Source of the DNA: Eledone cirrhosa
Lineage: Eukaryota
Direction: 5' to 3'
Assembly: GCA_964016885.1 (NCBI GenBank)
Contig: OZ024748.1
Span: forward strand, 53,196,001 to 53,260,000
Length of the DNA: 64,000 bases
Program-made: the position numbers and the translations under genes
The notes under the pieces: generated by a model
What the model saw: only the letters and a program-made list of their open reading frames with translations
The model's database searches: none
Told to the model about the DNA's origin: nothing
Shown: positions 44,346 to 58,679 of the stretch, one piece after another
Layout of the letters: the number at the start of each line of letters is the position of its first letter
How positions within the stretch are numbered: position 1 is the stretch's first letter

Positions 44346-46368
44346 TCTAAGACAAATATATAGCACTGGATTAACTATTAAGAAAAATAATTAGGTTTAG
44401 GGTATCGAGGAAAGGGGTGGGGCCCATTTCATTAAAATTACATGTTTGTGTCATTCTCTCCACCAGAAAAAAAAACATTTTTTTTTCTCTTGCAGACTTT
44501 AGGAACGGATTAAATCATTTTAAATGGCCTCAAAATGATTTAATCCGTTCCTGAAAGATAGGATGGTCAGTGTATATGTCCATAGATCTGTTAGATCAGG
44601 GGTGACCTGGGGTTAAACAACTATCACAATGACAAGAGCAGCATTACCATCTTTCCACACTATAGTGAAACAGCTACAACCACATTAAACAAATGACAAA
44701 ACCAACTAACTAAATAACTAATAAAATAACCAACCAACTAACCACTCATTTTCCACCCCATGCCAGTCAATAAACCATTCATCCATGTAACTATCTACGC
44801 ACCCCCAAAAGACAACCAGCCAACCATCCAACCATTCATCTATCTATACAGCCATATAACCAGCTAATCATTCACCTACCGTAACCATCCACCTAACCAT
44901 CCACCTACCGTAACCATCCACCTAACCAGCCAACCATCCATCTGTACATTCACCTAACCATCAACTTAGCCAGCCACCTAACCAGCCAGCCAACCTGCCT
45001 TCCATTCATCCATCTAACCACCCCTAGCTAGCCATCTACGCAACCAATCAACCAGCCAATCAATTAAAAACCAATCAATTAAAAACCAATCAACCAGCGG
45101 ACCATACATCCAACCAGCCAACCAACCAACAACCCACCTAGCCAGAGAACCATCCAACCAACCAAAGAATAAGCCAGCCTACCTCATCTCCATACAACCA
45201 CACCACAACCCCAATCCAACCCACCAGCCACCAACCAAAGATTAAGCTAGCCAACCACACCACCACCTATCCCCCCCCCCACCCCACCCACACCACCACA
45301 ACCCAACTACCCCACCCCACCCCACCACCTAACCACTCAACCAGCCCACGATCCCACCACCCCGTCACCCAACCACCCAATCCCCCATCATTCCACCACT
45401 CAACGACCCCACCATCCCGCCACCCCACCACCACCTAACGACCCCACCACTCCACCACTCCACCATCCCAATCCAAACAACCAAACATACATAACAGTGG
45501 TGTGAACCTGATTCAGGCTACGTGTAAATGTAAACGCAGCGTTGTTGATGTTTCGGCTGGTGTTAGATGTATAAGAAAGGAACGCGATAGCTAAGATTGA
45601 TAACTTGATAAGAATTGATTAACAAATAAATTAGCAGAAACAGATAACAGAGAAAGTAATTAAAACAACAACTACAACATCAATAACAACAACAATAACA
45701 TCAATAATAACAATAACAGCAGCAATAATAACAATAACAACAATAACAACAACAATAACAACTATAACAACGACAATAACAACGGCAATAACAACAGCAA
45801 TAACAACAACAACAGCAATAACAATAACAACGACAATAACGACAATAACAACGACAATAACAACAGCAATAACAACGGCAATAACAACAGCAATAACAAC
45901 AATAACAACGGCAATAACAACAGCAATAACAACAACAGCAATAACAACAATAACAATAACAACAGCAATAACAACAGCAATAACAACAACGACAATAACG
46001 ACAATAACGACAAAAACGACAAAAACAACGACAAAAACAACAGCAATAACAACAGCAATAACAATACAATAACGGAAATAACAACGACAATAACAACGAC
46101 AATAACAACGACAAAAACAACAGCAATAACAACAGCAATAACAACGACAATAACGGAAATAACAACGACAATAACAAAAGCAATAACAACAGCAATAACA
46201 ACAATAACAGCAATAATAACGACAATAACAACAAGAAGTAATTAATGACACTTGAGGCGGAAAAAGTGTAATTGGAAAGAATTGATAGTGATAAAAGAAG
46301 AGAAAAAATGTTGCCCAATTTATTGTAATAGCATATACTCAGTCTGTTGCTGTTACTGCTGCTACTAC

Positions 46369-46419
<51 letters not shown>

Positions 46420-46979
46420 TACTACTGCTGCTATTGCTACTGCTGTTACTAATGCTGCTGCTGTTACTGCCGCTACTACTGCTGCTGTTGCTGCTGCTGC
46501 TACTACTACTACTACTCCTGCTGCTACTAATACATCCATAATTACTTCTACTACTGCTCCTACTACTACTACTACTATTACTACTACTGCTAATAATAAT
46601 AATAATAATAATAATAATGTGATAGGGTCATTCTGACAATAAACACACATGCACTGTTTTAGTATCAATTTACTGATTAGTTAATTAATCAGTTTATTTA
46701 ATTTGGCATTATCTTTTTCGGAAAGCAATGTACGGTTGGGATTAAGTAGAGACTGGAACAGAGGGTGGGAGCATGAGGAACACGACGTGATCGATAAGGT
46801 TACAGGGTGTGACGAAAGGACTTTGATAAACCAATTAACTGATTAATTAATTAACGTATGTAGTATTAAATGTAGCATTACCAGTACGTGTGTATTTCTT
46901 TATTTTGGAATCATGTCCATCTCCAAAGTGCAGTCTCGTCTGTTTTAGCTGACTAATTTCCTTTTCCATCAATAAATAA

Positions 46980-47010
<31 letters not shown>

Positions 47011-47253
47011 TCAAAAGAAAAATAACACTTGGTTGTTTTGTATAACATTGGTAGAATTTAAAATGTGAAATGTTTGCTTTTTTGGAGAAGCTGCCACAAT
47101 ACAAATAATTAAAATAATAGTTGTATAATTCGGGTAATGTATCCCCGATGAGCCACTTTTATCCGTTTTCCAAGGGTACTTTACTCGAATTATTCAACTA
47201 ATGATTATAGTTATCTGGATTATTGCAGCTTCCCCTTAGGAAGCAAACATTGA

Positions 47254-47850
47254 CTAATATTTATTGTACGAAACCCAGGAAAGATAAACGATAAAGTCAA
47301 CCTCGGTAGGATTTGAACTACTAACACAAAGATACTTAACTAAATGCCACAAAATATTTTGGTTATGCCTTGTACTGATTATGTTCACACATAGCTGAGG
47401 CACAAGTATATAGAATAGGGTATATAATCTGTACATTACTTTTAGTAGCAACATGAAAATCTTCAAAATATTTCAACTAAATTACATAAAGGTTTATGAT
47501 TTAGGCACAAGACCAACAATTTTAAGGGGAACGTCGATTAACTCACCCCAGTGCATTGTACTCTATTTTGTCGACCCCATAAGGATGAAGGGCAAAGCTA
47601 AACTTCGGCGAGATTTGAACTCAAAACGTAAAAGGCCGTAATTTTATGCCACTATACCGATGCTACCAACCCACCGCCCTTATTGGTTTCTGGTTTAGGT
47701 ACAAGGCCAACAATTTTAGAGAAGGTGAAAGACGATTAAATCAACCCCAGTGCATTACTGGAGTTTCATTTTATTGATCCCGTAAGGAGGAAAGACAAAG
47801 CTAACCCCAGCGGGATTCGATCTCAGAACGTAAAGGGACGTAACTATGTG
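47254..47850 (-). mobile_element. Cluster of three degenerate SINE family A copies
   Basis: Core repeated at ~47270, ~47570 and ~47770. Confidence 0.75.
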
Positions 47851-47884
47851 CTTGCAATAAAAAAGCCAGAACAAAAATTAGATA

Positions 47885-48060
47885 GAGAAAGTAAGAATCG
47901 CTGGAAAGATTTTATGGCGAAGCCAACGGGCAGGAGACCCTGATGTAGATCCTGAACAAGATGGTTGGATAACATACATGGGCTCGGTTGGTCACACCTG
48001 GGGGGGGGGGGGGGACAGCTAGATAAATTGGAGACAGTTGCTTGTGATATGACGGACATA
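47885..48060 (+). mobile_element. RTE 3' fragment (same family as 27065-27350)
   Basis: ggcaggagaccc..caagatggttggataacatacatgggctcggttgg..ttggagacagttgctt matches 27170-27275. Confidence 0.7.
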
Positions 48061-48326
48061 CACTCACTGACCACTACACTCCCCATACACCGCCACCACC
48101 ACTGCCATCAATCACTCTACCATTACCTGTCCACCTCAGTTGGAATGCACACACACAGACCATACACACACACAGACCATACACACACAACATAAACACA
48201 CACAGACCACGGACATACATATACACACACACACACATATCCATATGAACAGTTTTCCTTCTCACACACACATACATACGTGCTTGTTTTTCTCATAAAA
48301 ATTTAAATCACTCCAACACCCATATC

Positions 48327-48357
<31 letters not shown>

Positions 48358-48358
48358 A

Positions 48359-48397
<39 letters not shown>

Positions 48398-48993
48398 ACA
48401 CAGACACTCACTCTCCACAGTCCTATATTCACACACACACACACATACACACAGACACTCACTCTCCACACTCCTATATTCTCACACACATACACACACA
48501 TACACACCCATATCCACACATACACACACACTCCACACTCCCATATACACACACACTCACACTCCCATATTCACACACACACATACACACACCCATATTC
48601 ACACATACTTCCACACTCTACACATACATACACATACGTGCCATTCACATACTTAAGCACACTTCACGCACACACATTCACACACATACATACACACGTA
48701 TCTATCTTTCTAATACACGCATAATTAAATATACTTCCACATACTCCCCACTCCACACACACACTCACACACACCTCTCATATATCATACACACACCACA
48801 CACACATGTACACTAATCAGTTGAGATTTAATTAGACTAGCGAATTTGTTTAACTGGCCTAATTAAATACTGAAAAAATATTATTTCAGTATATATATAT
48901 GTATATATGAGATGTGTATGTGTGTATGCGTTTGTGTGTGTATATATATATGAGATGTGTATGTATGCGTGTATATATATATATATATGTATA

Positions 48994-49037
<44 letters not shown>

Positions 49038-49127
49038 GGATTAAACTATAGAGCGTCAATGACCGTGTGTAGTTGACATAGATACTTTAATTATAAAATA
49101 CTAAAGGATTGGCAGAAACAACTAGTG

Positions 49128-49179
<52 letters not shown>

Positions 49180-49191
49180 ATATATATATAT

Positions 49192-49486
49192 AATTGTTTC
49201 TACTTTTAGCACAAGGCCAGCAATAACCCAGTGCATTACTGGTACTTTATTTTATCGACCCCGTAAGGATGAAAGGCAAAGTTAACCTCGTATATATAAT
49301 TGTTTCTACTTTTGGCACAAGGCCAGCAATAACCCAGTGTATTACTGGTACTTTATTTTATCGACCCCGTAAGGATGAAAGGCAAAGTTAACCTCGGCGG
49401 GATTTGAACTCAGAATGGCAAGGACCGTAACTCTATGCGTCAAAGCATGGCGTCCGACCCTCTACCGATACTGCCAATCCACCGCC
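49192..49486 (-). mobile_element. Full SINE family A plus a tandem partial duplicate of its 3' half
   Basis: 49192-49290 repeats 49298-49396 almost exactly. Confidence 0.9.
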
Positions 49487-49886
49487 TTCGGATATATAAT
49501 GTGCGTGTGTGTGCATCGTGTATATATAGGATTTTTATATAATACATTTCATGTAGAAGTGACTCCTACAAGACTTGATCTGATTCATTAGTTATGATTT
49601 CAATCGCATGAATCAGTTCCAGTCGAAGTAGAATAGATTTCTATATGAAATACACCAATGTTTATTTTCCTACTGAATGTATTGATTACTTTATTTAATT
49701 GTCGTCTCTTTCTGTTCCTCTTCGTCACACTGCTATATATATATATATATGAAAAAGTTTAACCCCGACTCAGACGAGTCCAGAAATAGCCGTCGAAACG
49801 GCTTGAGCTCTGCCGTCGGGGTTAAACTTGAACTCTACTTCGGTATTTTGTACCTTTTCTCACGTCCATCAATAATACATGGCTAT

Positions 49887-49920
<34 letters not shown>

Positions 49921-49992
49921 AATGAAGTATTTCCGTAGGAAAGGTACAGGAAAAGAGAGTGCTCTATGTAGGCTACAGAGCTTATTAGTTAT

Positions 49993-50179
49993 GTAATAAA
50001 CAACATAAGATAATTATTTCATTTACCAATGGTTTCTTGAAGGCAGATATTTATACTAGTCTTCAGTCGTCAGAATGAATAAATAACATGGTGTTATTTA
50101 TTCATTCTGAAGACACATATAAATATCGGCCTTCAAGAAACCACTGGCAAATGAAATAATTATCTTATGTTGTTTATTA

Positions 50180-50180
<1 letters not shown>
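49993..50180. mobile_element. Fold-back Penelope-like terminus; left arm carries an intact-looking hammerhead (50018-50079, minus strand)
   Basis: ~90-bp arms. Minus strand reads uucauu-CUGACGA-cugaag...cuucaa-GAAAC-cauug-GUA-aaugaa. The right-arm copy is damaged (collapsed core, GCA instead of GUA). Confidence 0.75.
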
Positions 50181-50222
<42 letters not shown>

Positions 50223-50330
50223 CCAGGGAGTGCAGATCGATACAGATCGAACCTTGAGCTGATCAATAGCAAAACGCGCGTCCCCAATCAATAAACGCAA
50301 TGAAGGCATAACAAATCGTCCGTGTATTAT

Positions 50331-50360
<30 letters not shown>

Positions 50361-50361
<1 letters not shown>

Positions 50362-51055
50362 CGGAAAAAAATGAAACGAAATTTCATTTCCCACTCTTAG
50401 TACGGCTGTTACTTAAATCTAAATATGTATACGTACATACATATATGTATACAGACGTACAGTAGTATGTATATATATATATACATACATGCACACATAT
50501 ATATATGTACGTATGGATTCGCCGAACATTTATTATAATGCTCGGTGTGTTTGTAAACAAACATCCCGTACATATATATATATGTGCATGTATGTATATA
50601 TATACATACTACTGTACGTCTGTATACATATATGTATGTACGTGTACATATTTATATTTAAGTAACAGCCGTACTAAGAGTGCGAAATGATCATTTTTTC
50701 CGTTTATCATTTTCGGTGCACCCGATTAACCCACCCGATTAACCCACTCGATATGCAAATTGGGCTACTCAGCCGTTAATATGCATAAGGTAAGTATATA
50801 CGTTCAACAATCTGGCAGGAAGGTATACGTTGCTGACGATAGCTAATAAGCTTGAACACTAGTATAGTGTTCCTTTGTCAGTGTTGAACAAACGAGCAAC
50901 GATGGTTGCTGGACACTACGGCTTAATACGGGATGTTTGTTTACAAACACACCGAGCATTATAATAAATGTTCGGTGAATCCATACGTACATATATATAT
51001 GTGTGCATGTATGTATATATATATACATACTACTGTACGTCTGTACGTGTACATA

Positions 51056-51060
<5 letters not shown>
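50361..51060. mobile_element. Fold-back element with ~140-bp arms (50361-50702) plus an inverted partial copy (50928-51060); related copy at 15531-15735
   Basis: acggaaaaaa..tcatttc.cactcttagtacggctgttacttaaat / atttaagtaacagccgtactaagagtg.gaaatga..ttttttccgt. Confidence 0.75.
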
Positions 51061-51106
<46 letters not shown>

Positions 51107-52071
51107 CAAGTGACAAACTAAAGATACTTTAAATCATTATATATATGTATATATATATATGTATATATATATATACGTGTGTGTGTTTCTTTGCGTGTGA
51201 CATTACATCTTTTTCTCACCCCCTCTCTATGTATGTATGTAATACGTAATCGTATGTATGTATATATACACAGACACGTACACATGTATATACACACATA
51301 TTTTTGTGTGTGTGTATGTATAATTATGTTAGATTCCTAATTGATAAAACAAAATTAACATGGTGACAAACATCGTTTGTAGAAACTACATAATTATACA
51401 TACATGTGTGTGTATATTATCTACACTCTTAGTATACAAATGGTTGAGTTTATGTGCAATAGTGTGTGTATATATGCATTAATGTTGTGTATGTATGTGT
51501 AGATTTGTGGGTGTGTATGTACGTGTTGATTAGGAATTCCGGAAGTGTTAAACAAAGACCAATTAACACTGATTAATACTTGATAAACATAATTACTTCA
51601 CCCCTCTATGTCTATACAGATATATATGTGTGTGTGTATGTGATTATATATATATATATTTGTGTGTATGTATATGTGATTATATAGATATTTATATGTG
51701 TGTGTATGTGATTATATATATATATATATATTTGTGTGTATGTATATGTGATTATATAGATATTTATGTGTGTGTGTTTGTGATTATATATATATATATA
51801 TTTGTGTGTATGTATATGTGATTATACAGATATATATGTGTGTGTGTATGTGATTATATATATATTTCTGTGTATGTATATGTGATTATATAGATATTTA
51901 TGTGTGTGTGTATGTGATTATATATATATATATATATTTGTGTGTATGTATATGTGATTATATAGATATTTATGTGTGTGTGTATATGTGATTATATATA
52001 TATGTGTGTGTATGTCTGATTCTCTCTATATATATATATCCCTACAAATACGCACACAAACACGCTACTCA

Positions 52072-52140
<69 letters not shown>

Positions 52141-52149
52141 GTTGTGTGT

Positions 52150-52690
52150 GTTGGAAGTGTTTTAGCACAACTAATTAAGAACAAATTCCAGCTAGATGGG
52201 TTGCAGTTCGACTTTATACCAGTAAGTGATACTAACTATACCCGCCTTCTACTGAGACAACTGAAGGAGAAGTACTTAGGTATGAATAAACATCTGTACT
52301 GATTTTTTTGTGACACTAGAAAACGTCTTTGACATGGTCCGCCTCTCTATAACATGGCTGACCCTAAGGATGCTAGGTGGAAACTAATGGCTCGTTAGAG
52401 CCAAGCATGTCATGTATTGACGGTGAATACAGTGATGAATTTGAATTATAGATACAGACCTGTCAACTCTCCCCGTCGGACGGGGAGATCTCCCACCCAC
52501 TTTGGGTTGGGTAAGAGATGTCTTCTCTTTTATTATGTAAAATCTCCCCATTTTGCCTTATTTCTCCCTGTTTTGGGGCACTTTTTTCAGGGTACTCCCT
52601 GTTTGAGTTTTTAGAGGCTGGTAGGTCTGCAGATGGGGGTCCACCAGGGTTCAGTACTCAGTCCTCATCCGTTACCATTATTCTGCAGGA
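52150..52690 (+). mobile_element. Decayed RTE reverse-transcriptase fragment interrupted by a MITE
   Basis: [42 protein letters not shown]; resumes after the MITE with GVHQGSVLSP. Confidence 0.8.
52455..52629. mobile_element. MITE inserted into the RTE fragment
   Basis: Inverted ends cagacctgtcaactct / agaggctggtaggtctg; RT homology stops and resumes at these ends. Confidence 0.6.
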
Positions 52691-53649
52691 AAGTGTAAGT
52701 ACTGAAGTGATATATCTCAGATGAAAACAAATAATAAAATAACAGATAATTTTCATATCCTCAAAAGAAAATTTGGAGGGAGCTTTAGATGAATGGCAGC
52801 ATGTATTCTTTCTTATTAAGGTAGGGGCTGCATGGAAGTATGTTTCTAATATTTAAGGCTGATAGTGAAGGGGGAGGCGGCCAGGACTTGTGCGCTACAT
52901 ATCCTATCACACAGTGGTGGTGCCGATCGCTGACAGAAGAAACAAGGGTTACAGCCAGATATTGGTATGGATGTTGATTCCCGGATCTGCTGTCATCTTT
53001 GTTATACATTGAGTGAACACGGAGGTGACTTAAATATGTTCGAGTGTGGTCTGTTTGAGCATGTACACCCTAATGACACCTGCCCTATAAAAGCTTTCAA
53101 AAACCACAAAACCATCCCAGAGTTATTCGTCAAAGTGTCATCAGAGAGGGATCAATAATAATGACAGTGTAGAGCAACAAGAGGAAACGTAACAAAGAGG
53201 GTAGCGGACCACAGGGGCACCCGAGGGAAAATTATGGCTGCTTCTGTTGTTCCCACAGCATCCCCGGCAGCAATTCCGATCGATGTGGCGGGATTAGAGA
53301 CTAAGAAATCACTCCACGATTAAACGCACAGATCCCAAATACCAGCAGAGGCATCTGTTTCTTCGTACATAAACTAAAAGCCAAATGCTTCTCTATTATC
53401 TTGCGACAGAACTGAAGCGACAGAACTTGGAGAAAGACACTTTAAGGGAGAGAAGTCTAAGAGAGAAGGGGTCAGTATATGGTCTCGAGGAGGTCATTCT
53501 TTAACAAGCAAACCCATCACTGACATGCAGCCTGAATTCTGCAGTAATTCGAAGGGATAATGGTAGCCAACTTAGTTAGACATTAAGTTTGCTACACTGA
53601 TCCTAACCCAACTTCTATTGTCTAACTTCAAAATATAGGACACATATAT

Positions 53650-53980
53650 CTAGAACTTTGTCCTAGATATATCTGGCCTTGATTTAGATATCTTTTCCTA
53701 GATATGTGACCTTGTCCTAAATATCTTTGTCTTTCTTCAAGACATGCGTCTTTGTCCTAGACATGCGTCTTTCTCCAAGACATGTCTTTGTCCTAGACAT
53801 GCGTCTTTGTTCTAGATATCTGGGTCTTTGACGTAGATTTTTATGTCCTTGATCTTGATACGTATCCTCGTCCTAAATATTTCTCCTTGTCCTAAATATC
53901 TCTGTCATTGTCCTAGATATGTCTCCTTGCCCAAGATATGACCCCATGTCCTAGATATGTGACCCTGTCATAAATATCTG
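53650..53980. repeat. Degenerate ~20-bp minisatellite
   Basis: Recurring ctttgtcctagatat/acat motif. Confidence 0.8.
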
Positions 53981-55570
53981 TTACGGTCTATATCATTTAA
54001 AATTCTAAAAATGTTTATATTCATAAAACCCTTTTCAACAACTTTAAATAGTACTGTAGGAAGAAGATAGGGGGAGCTCCTCTCAAATATAAAGAGGTGG
54101 GCGATGGATGGGGACGCAAAGATGTTAAATAGATCCAAATAAAGTATCTGACTCTTTCTCTCTTTTCCTGTCTATTAGATTATATTTTGTCTGTCTCTTT
54201 CTACATATCTCTCTGTCTCTTTCTTTATCTCCTTCTCCCACCCTCTCCCTCACTTTTCCTTCTCCCTCTCACCCTCTCCCTTCTCACTCTCTCTCCCACA
54301 CTCTCCCTTCTCTCTCTCTCTCACTCCCACACACCCTCTCTCTCTCACTCCCACACTCCCTCTCTCTCTCTCTCTCCCACACTCCCTCTCTCACTCTCTC
54401 TCCCACACTCCCTCTCACTCTCTCTCCCACACTCTCTCTCACTCCCTCTCCCACACTCCCTCTCTCACTCTCTCTCCCACACTCACTCTCTCTCCCACAC
54501 TCACTCTCTCACTCTCTCTCCCACACTTACTCTCTCAATCTCTCTTTCCCTCTCTCTTGCCCACCTCTCTCTCATACAAGTACTCTCACCAACATCACCA
54601 CCAACATCACCAACACCACCACCACCATCACCACCACCACCACCACCACCATCACCACCATCACCACCACCACCACCACCAACATCACCACCACCACCAA
54701 CATCACCACCATCACCACCAACATCACCACCACCACCAACATCACCACCATCACCGCCATACCACCACCACCACCACCACCACCACCACCACCACCACCA
54801 CCACCACCATCACCACCACCACCAACAACAACATCACCACCACCACCACCAACATCACCACCATCACCACCAACATCACCACCACCACCAACATCACCAC
54901 CACCACCACCATCACCACCACCACCACCACCACCACCACTACCACCACCACCACCACCACCAACACCAACAACAAACCCCTTCAATAAATCAGGCAATAA
55001 CCTCTATTGTGCTGTGTTATATGTCAAAACGTTACTGTGACTGAAAAATATTTCGATTCATTAAAGATTATTCTCAAATCTTGATCAACTGACAAAAAGC
55101 TCGGCTCAAAAAAAAACTATTTGAGACACTGACAGTATAAGATCAAGACCTCCTGATCTTCAATCGTTCACTTAATTACTAATTCTAAAGTTTTTTCTAT
55201 ATTAATTATTGGATTATTTAAAATTTTCTTTTAGTTTTTCTTTTTAATTTTCAAAAATGATTTTAGTATTTTGTTCCAAGTTCTATTTTTAATTCCCAGT
55301 TACTTACAATGGTGCAGTATATTGGTTAGTGTCTGCTGTCGTTTGATGTGGTTGTTGTTGTTGTTACTGCTATTGTATATTTATGCAAGCATTTCTTATA
55401 TTTCAATGTTCCTTTCATTGCACTGCCATATATATATGTGTGTGTGTATATATATGTATATGTCTGTGTGTGTGTATATATATGTGTGTGTGTGTATATA
55501 TATGTGTGTATGCGTGTATATATATATATATGTGTGTGTATGCGTGTATATATATATGTCTGTATGCGTG

Positions 55571-55602
<32 letters not shown>

Positions 55603-55844
55603 CGTGTATATATGTGTGTGTGTGTGTGTGTGTACATACATATATATATACTACAGAATCCAGAGGGGAATAAATTTAGAATTCTATTTTATGGAGTAAA
55701 GACATTACTTTTTCATGTGTGTATATACTTATATATCCGTATATGTGTGTATATATATATATATACATATATATGTATGTGGATATATGTATATACATAC
55801 ACACATACGTATGCAAATATATGTATATACATATATACACGTAC

Positions 55845-55878
<34 letters not shown>

Positions 55879-56012
55879 ATATATGTATATACATACACAC
55901 ATACGTATGCAAATATATGTATATACATACACACACACATATATATATACACACACACACACACGTACGTACATGTGTGTGTGTGTGTATGTATATACAT
56001 ATATACACGTAC

Positions 56013-56045
<33 letters not shown>

Positions 56046-56184
56046 AGTGTGTGCAAAGGACCTCAGTCGGTTTCGGCGATAAGTTTTTCAGTTTTTCGAT
56101 TAACGGAATAGCTTGCTCTTCCAATGGAACTGTAGGTGTCTGGGCATTCGATAGCCATGTGTTCCCTTTAGGTAATTCTCAGGG

Positions 56185-56375
56185 AGATCTAGTATGACCC
56201 AATGAGTGATAAGACAGGGCCTTTGAATTAAAGGTACAATCCATCCGACGGGCTTCCAGTTTCCCGCCACCCAATTTCTCTCGCAAGACATGGGTCAAGC
56301 CGAAGCTATGGAATATGACCCTTGCACCAGATACCTCACAGCAAGATCGAACTCCTAACCTATTGATTGGGAAGC
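56185..56375 (-). mobile_element. Degenerate SINE-like remnant
   Basis: The reverse complement gives a tRNA-like head (gcttcccaatcaataggttaggagttcgatct). Confidence 0.4.
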
Positions 56376-56389
56376 GTTATATGTTTACC

Positions 56390-56427
<38 letters not shown>

Positions 56428-56659
56428 ATGCGTATGTATGGATATATGTGCGTATGTGTGTGTGTTATGTATGTATATATATACGTATACGTATATATAT
56501 GTATATATATATATATATTATATATGCATACATACGTAGCCGTACATATATACACACAACACATCTCACTGCCTATTGCGTATCTCTCTCTCTCTCTCTC
56601 CTCTCCTCCTCTCTCCTCTCTCTCTCTCTCTCCTCTCCTCCTCTCTCCTCTCTCTCTCC

Positions 56660-56691
<32 letters not shown>

Positions 56692-56822
56692 CCTCTCTCT
56701 TCTTCTATCTCCCTCTCTCTCCCTCTCTCTCTCCCTCTCTCTCTCTCTCTCCCCTTCTCTCTCTCTCTCTCCCTCTCTCTTCTTCTATCTCCCTCTCTCT
56801 CCCTCTCTCTCTCTCCCTCTCG

Positions 56823-56853
<31 letters not shown>

Positions 56854-57077
56854 CCTCTCTCTTCTTCTATCTCCCTCTCTCTCCCTATCTCTCTCCTTCT
56901 CTCTCTCTCTCCTTCTCTCTCTCTCTCCTTCTATCTCCCTCTCCCCCCTCTCTCTCCTACGCACTCATTAATCCTATCAATTCACATTTACCGCCGTCTC
57001 CACCCAATCTATTCACCCTCTCTGTGAAGTCTAATAATTATTCAACACACACACATACAAGCACACACACACATACA

Positions 57078-57124
<47 letters not shown>

Positions 57125-57853
57125 GTAAGTATGTGTGTGTTTAATGAATAGTTCTGTGTAAGATACAGGAAAAAATAATAATGCCACAAATAAAAGTTAT
57201 TTAAATTAAAATAATGAGGCTACTACTACCACTACTACTACTACTACTACCACCACTACTACCACTACCACTACTACCACTACAACTACCACCACTACCA
57301 CTACCACTACTACCACTACTACTACTACTTAAATAATAATAATAGTAATAATAATTAGAATGAAGAATCTGAATGCCAAAGTTTTTCTAAGACACACCCA
57401 CATACACGTTAATACACGCATACACACACACGTGTGGGTGTGTGTGTGTGTATATATATATACGCTCATAGATAAGCATTTAATATATTCTCTCATTGGT
57501 ATTAACCTTTCCATCTTGTGTGTACAGATGTATGTATATCTATATATGTATGTATGTTTTTATGAGTGTGTATATATGTATATATATATGTGTGTGCGTA
57601 TGTGTACGTATATATGTGTGTGTATATGTACGAATATATATATATATATATGTGTGTACGTATATATATATGTGTGTGTATATATATATATATATATATG
57701 TACGTATATATATGTGTGTGTATATATGTATATATATGTGTGTGTATATACGTATATATACGTATATATACGTGTGCGTGTATATATACGTATATGTGTG
57801 TGTATATATATACGTGTGTATGTATGTACGTATATAACACACACACACACACA

Positions 57854-57893
<40 letters not shown>

Positions 57894-58679
57894 CACACAC
57901 TATATATATATATATATATATATATGATAAGTATATATGTATGAGTATTTGAGAATTTTCCACTAAAATAGCCAAAAAGAGACAATGAGAATTCTAGTGA
58001 TAAATTCCAGACAAAATTTTCTCTGTCGTCGAAAAGAATTATATAGACTCTGATGAATTCCAACTAATTAAAGAAGTCTTGCACAGATTTCGCTCCTGCT
58101 TACTTGTAATTCTTAAAAGTCTTTTATTAATTAAGTCTGATTGTTTTCTTTTTACCCATTCTTTTGCACTAGTGAGTTGTGATGGTGGTGGTGGTAGTTG
58201 TGGTATTGGTGAGTGAATAGTGTAGATAAGATGTTGGTGGTGATGATGGTGTTGGTGGTGGTGATGGTGTTGTTGATTGTGGTCGTTATGGTGGTAGTGG
58301 CTGTGGTGGTGATGATGATGATGGTTGTTTTAGTAGTTGTTGTTGTTGTTGTGGTTGTGTTTGTGTGAGTCTTTCTTTTATTTGGAATTGAAAGTTGTTG
58401 GTTGTTTTAGAATAGTGATAGTAATGGTGGTGGTGGTGGTGGGAGTTGTGATTGTGTTGTCAGAATTGCAGTGTTACCAAAAGAATAGTCTTGGTGATAG
58501 TATTGTGATCTTGTGGGAGTTGTACGGCTGTGGGAAGGGCTGCGTTACCGAAATTATGGTCGTGTTGATAGTATTGTGATCTTGTGGGAATGGTGGTGGT
58601 GTTACTGGAATAATGGTCGTGGTGGTAGTATTGCGATCTTGTGGGAATGGTGGTGTTGTTAGGATTGAAGTTCTGTAGG

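Noticed and set aside
58027-58080. CTGATGA motif (also partial GAAAC motifs at ~1470-1495, 5745-5760, 17700, 56065-56090 and 60457-60475)
   Set aside because: The second core box or the pairing stems are missing; at most decayed remnants.
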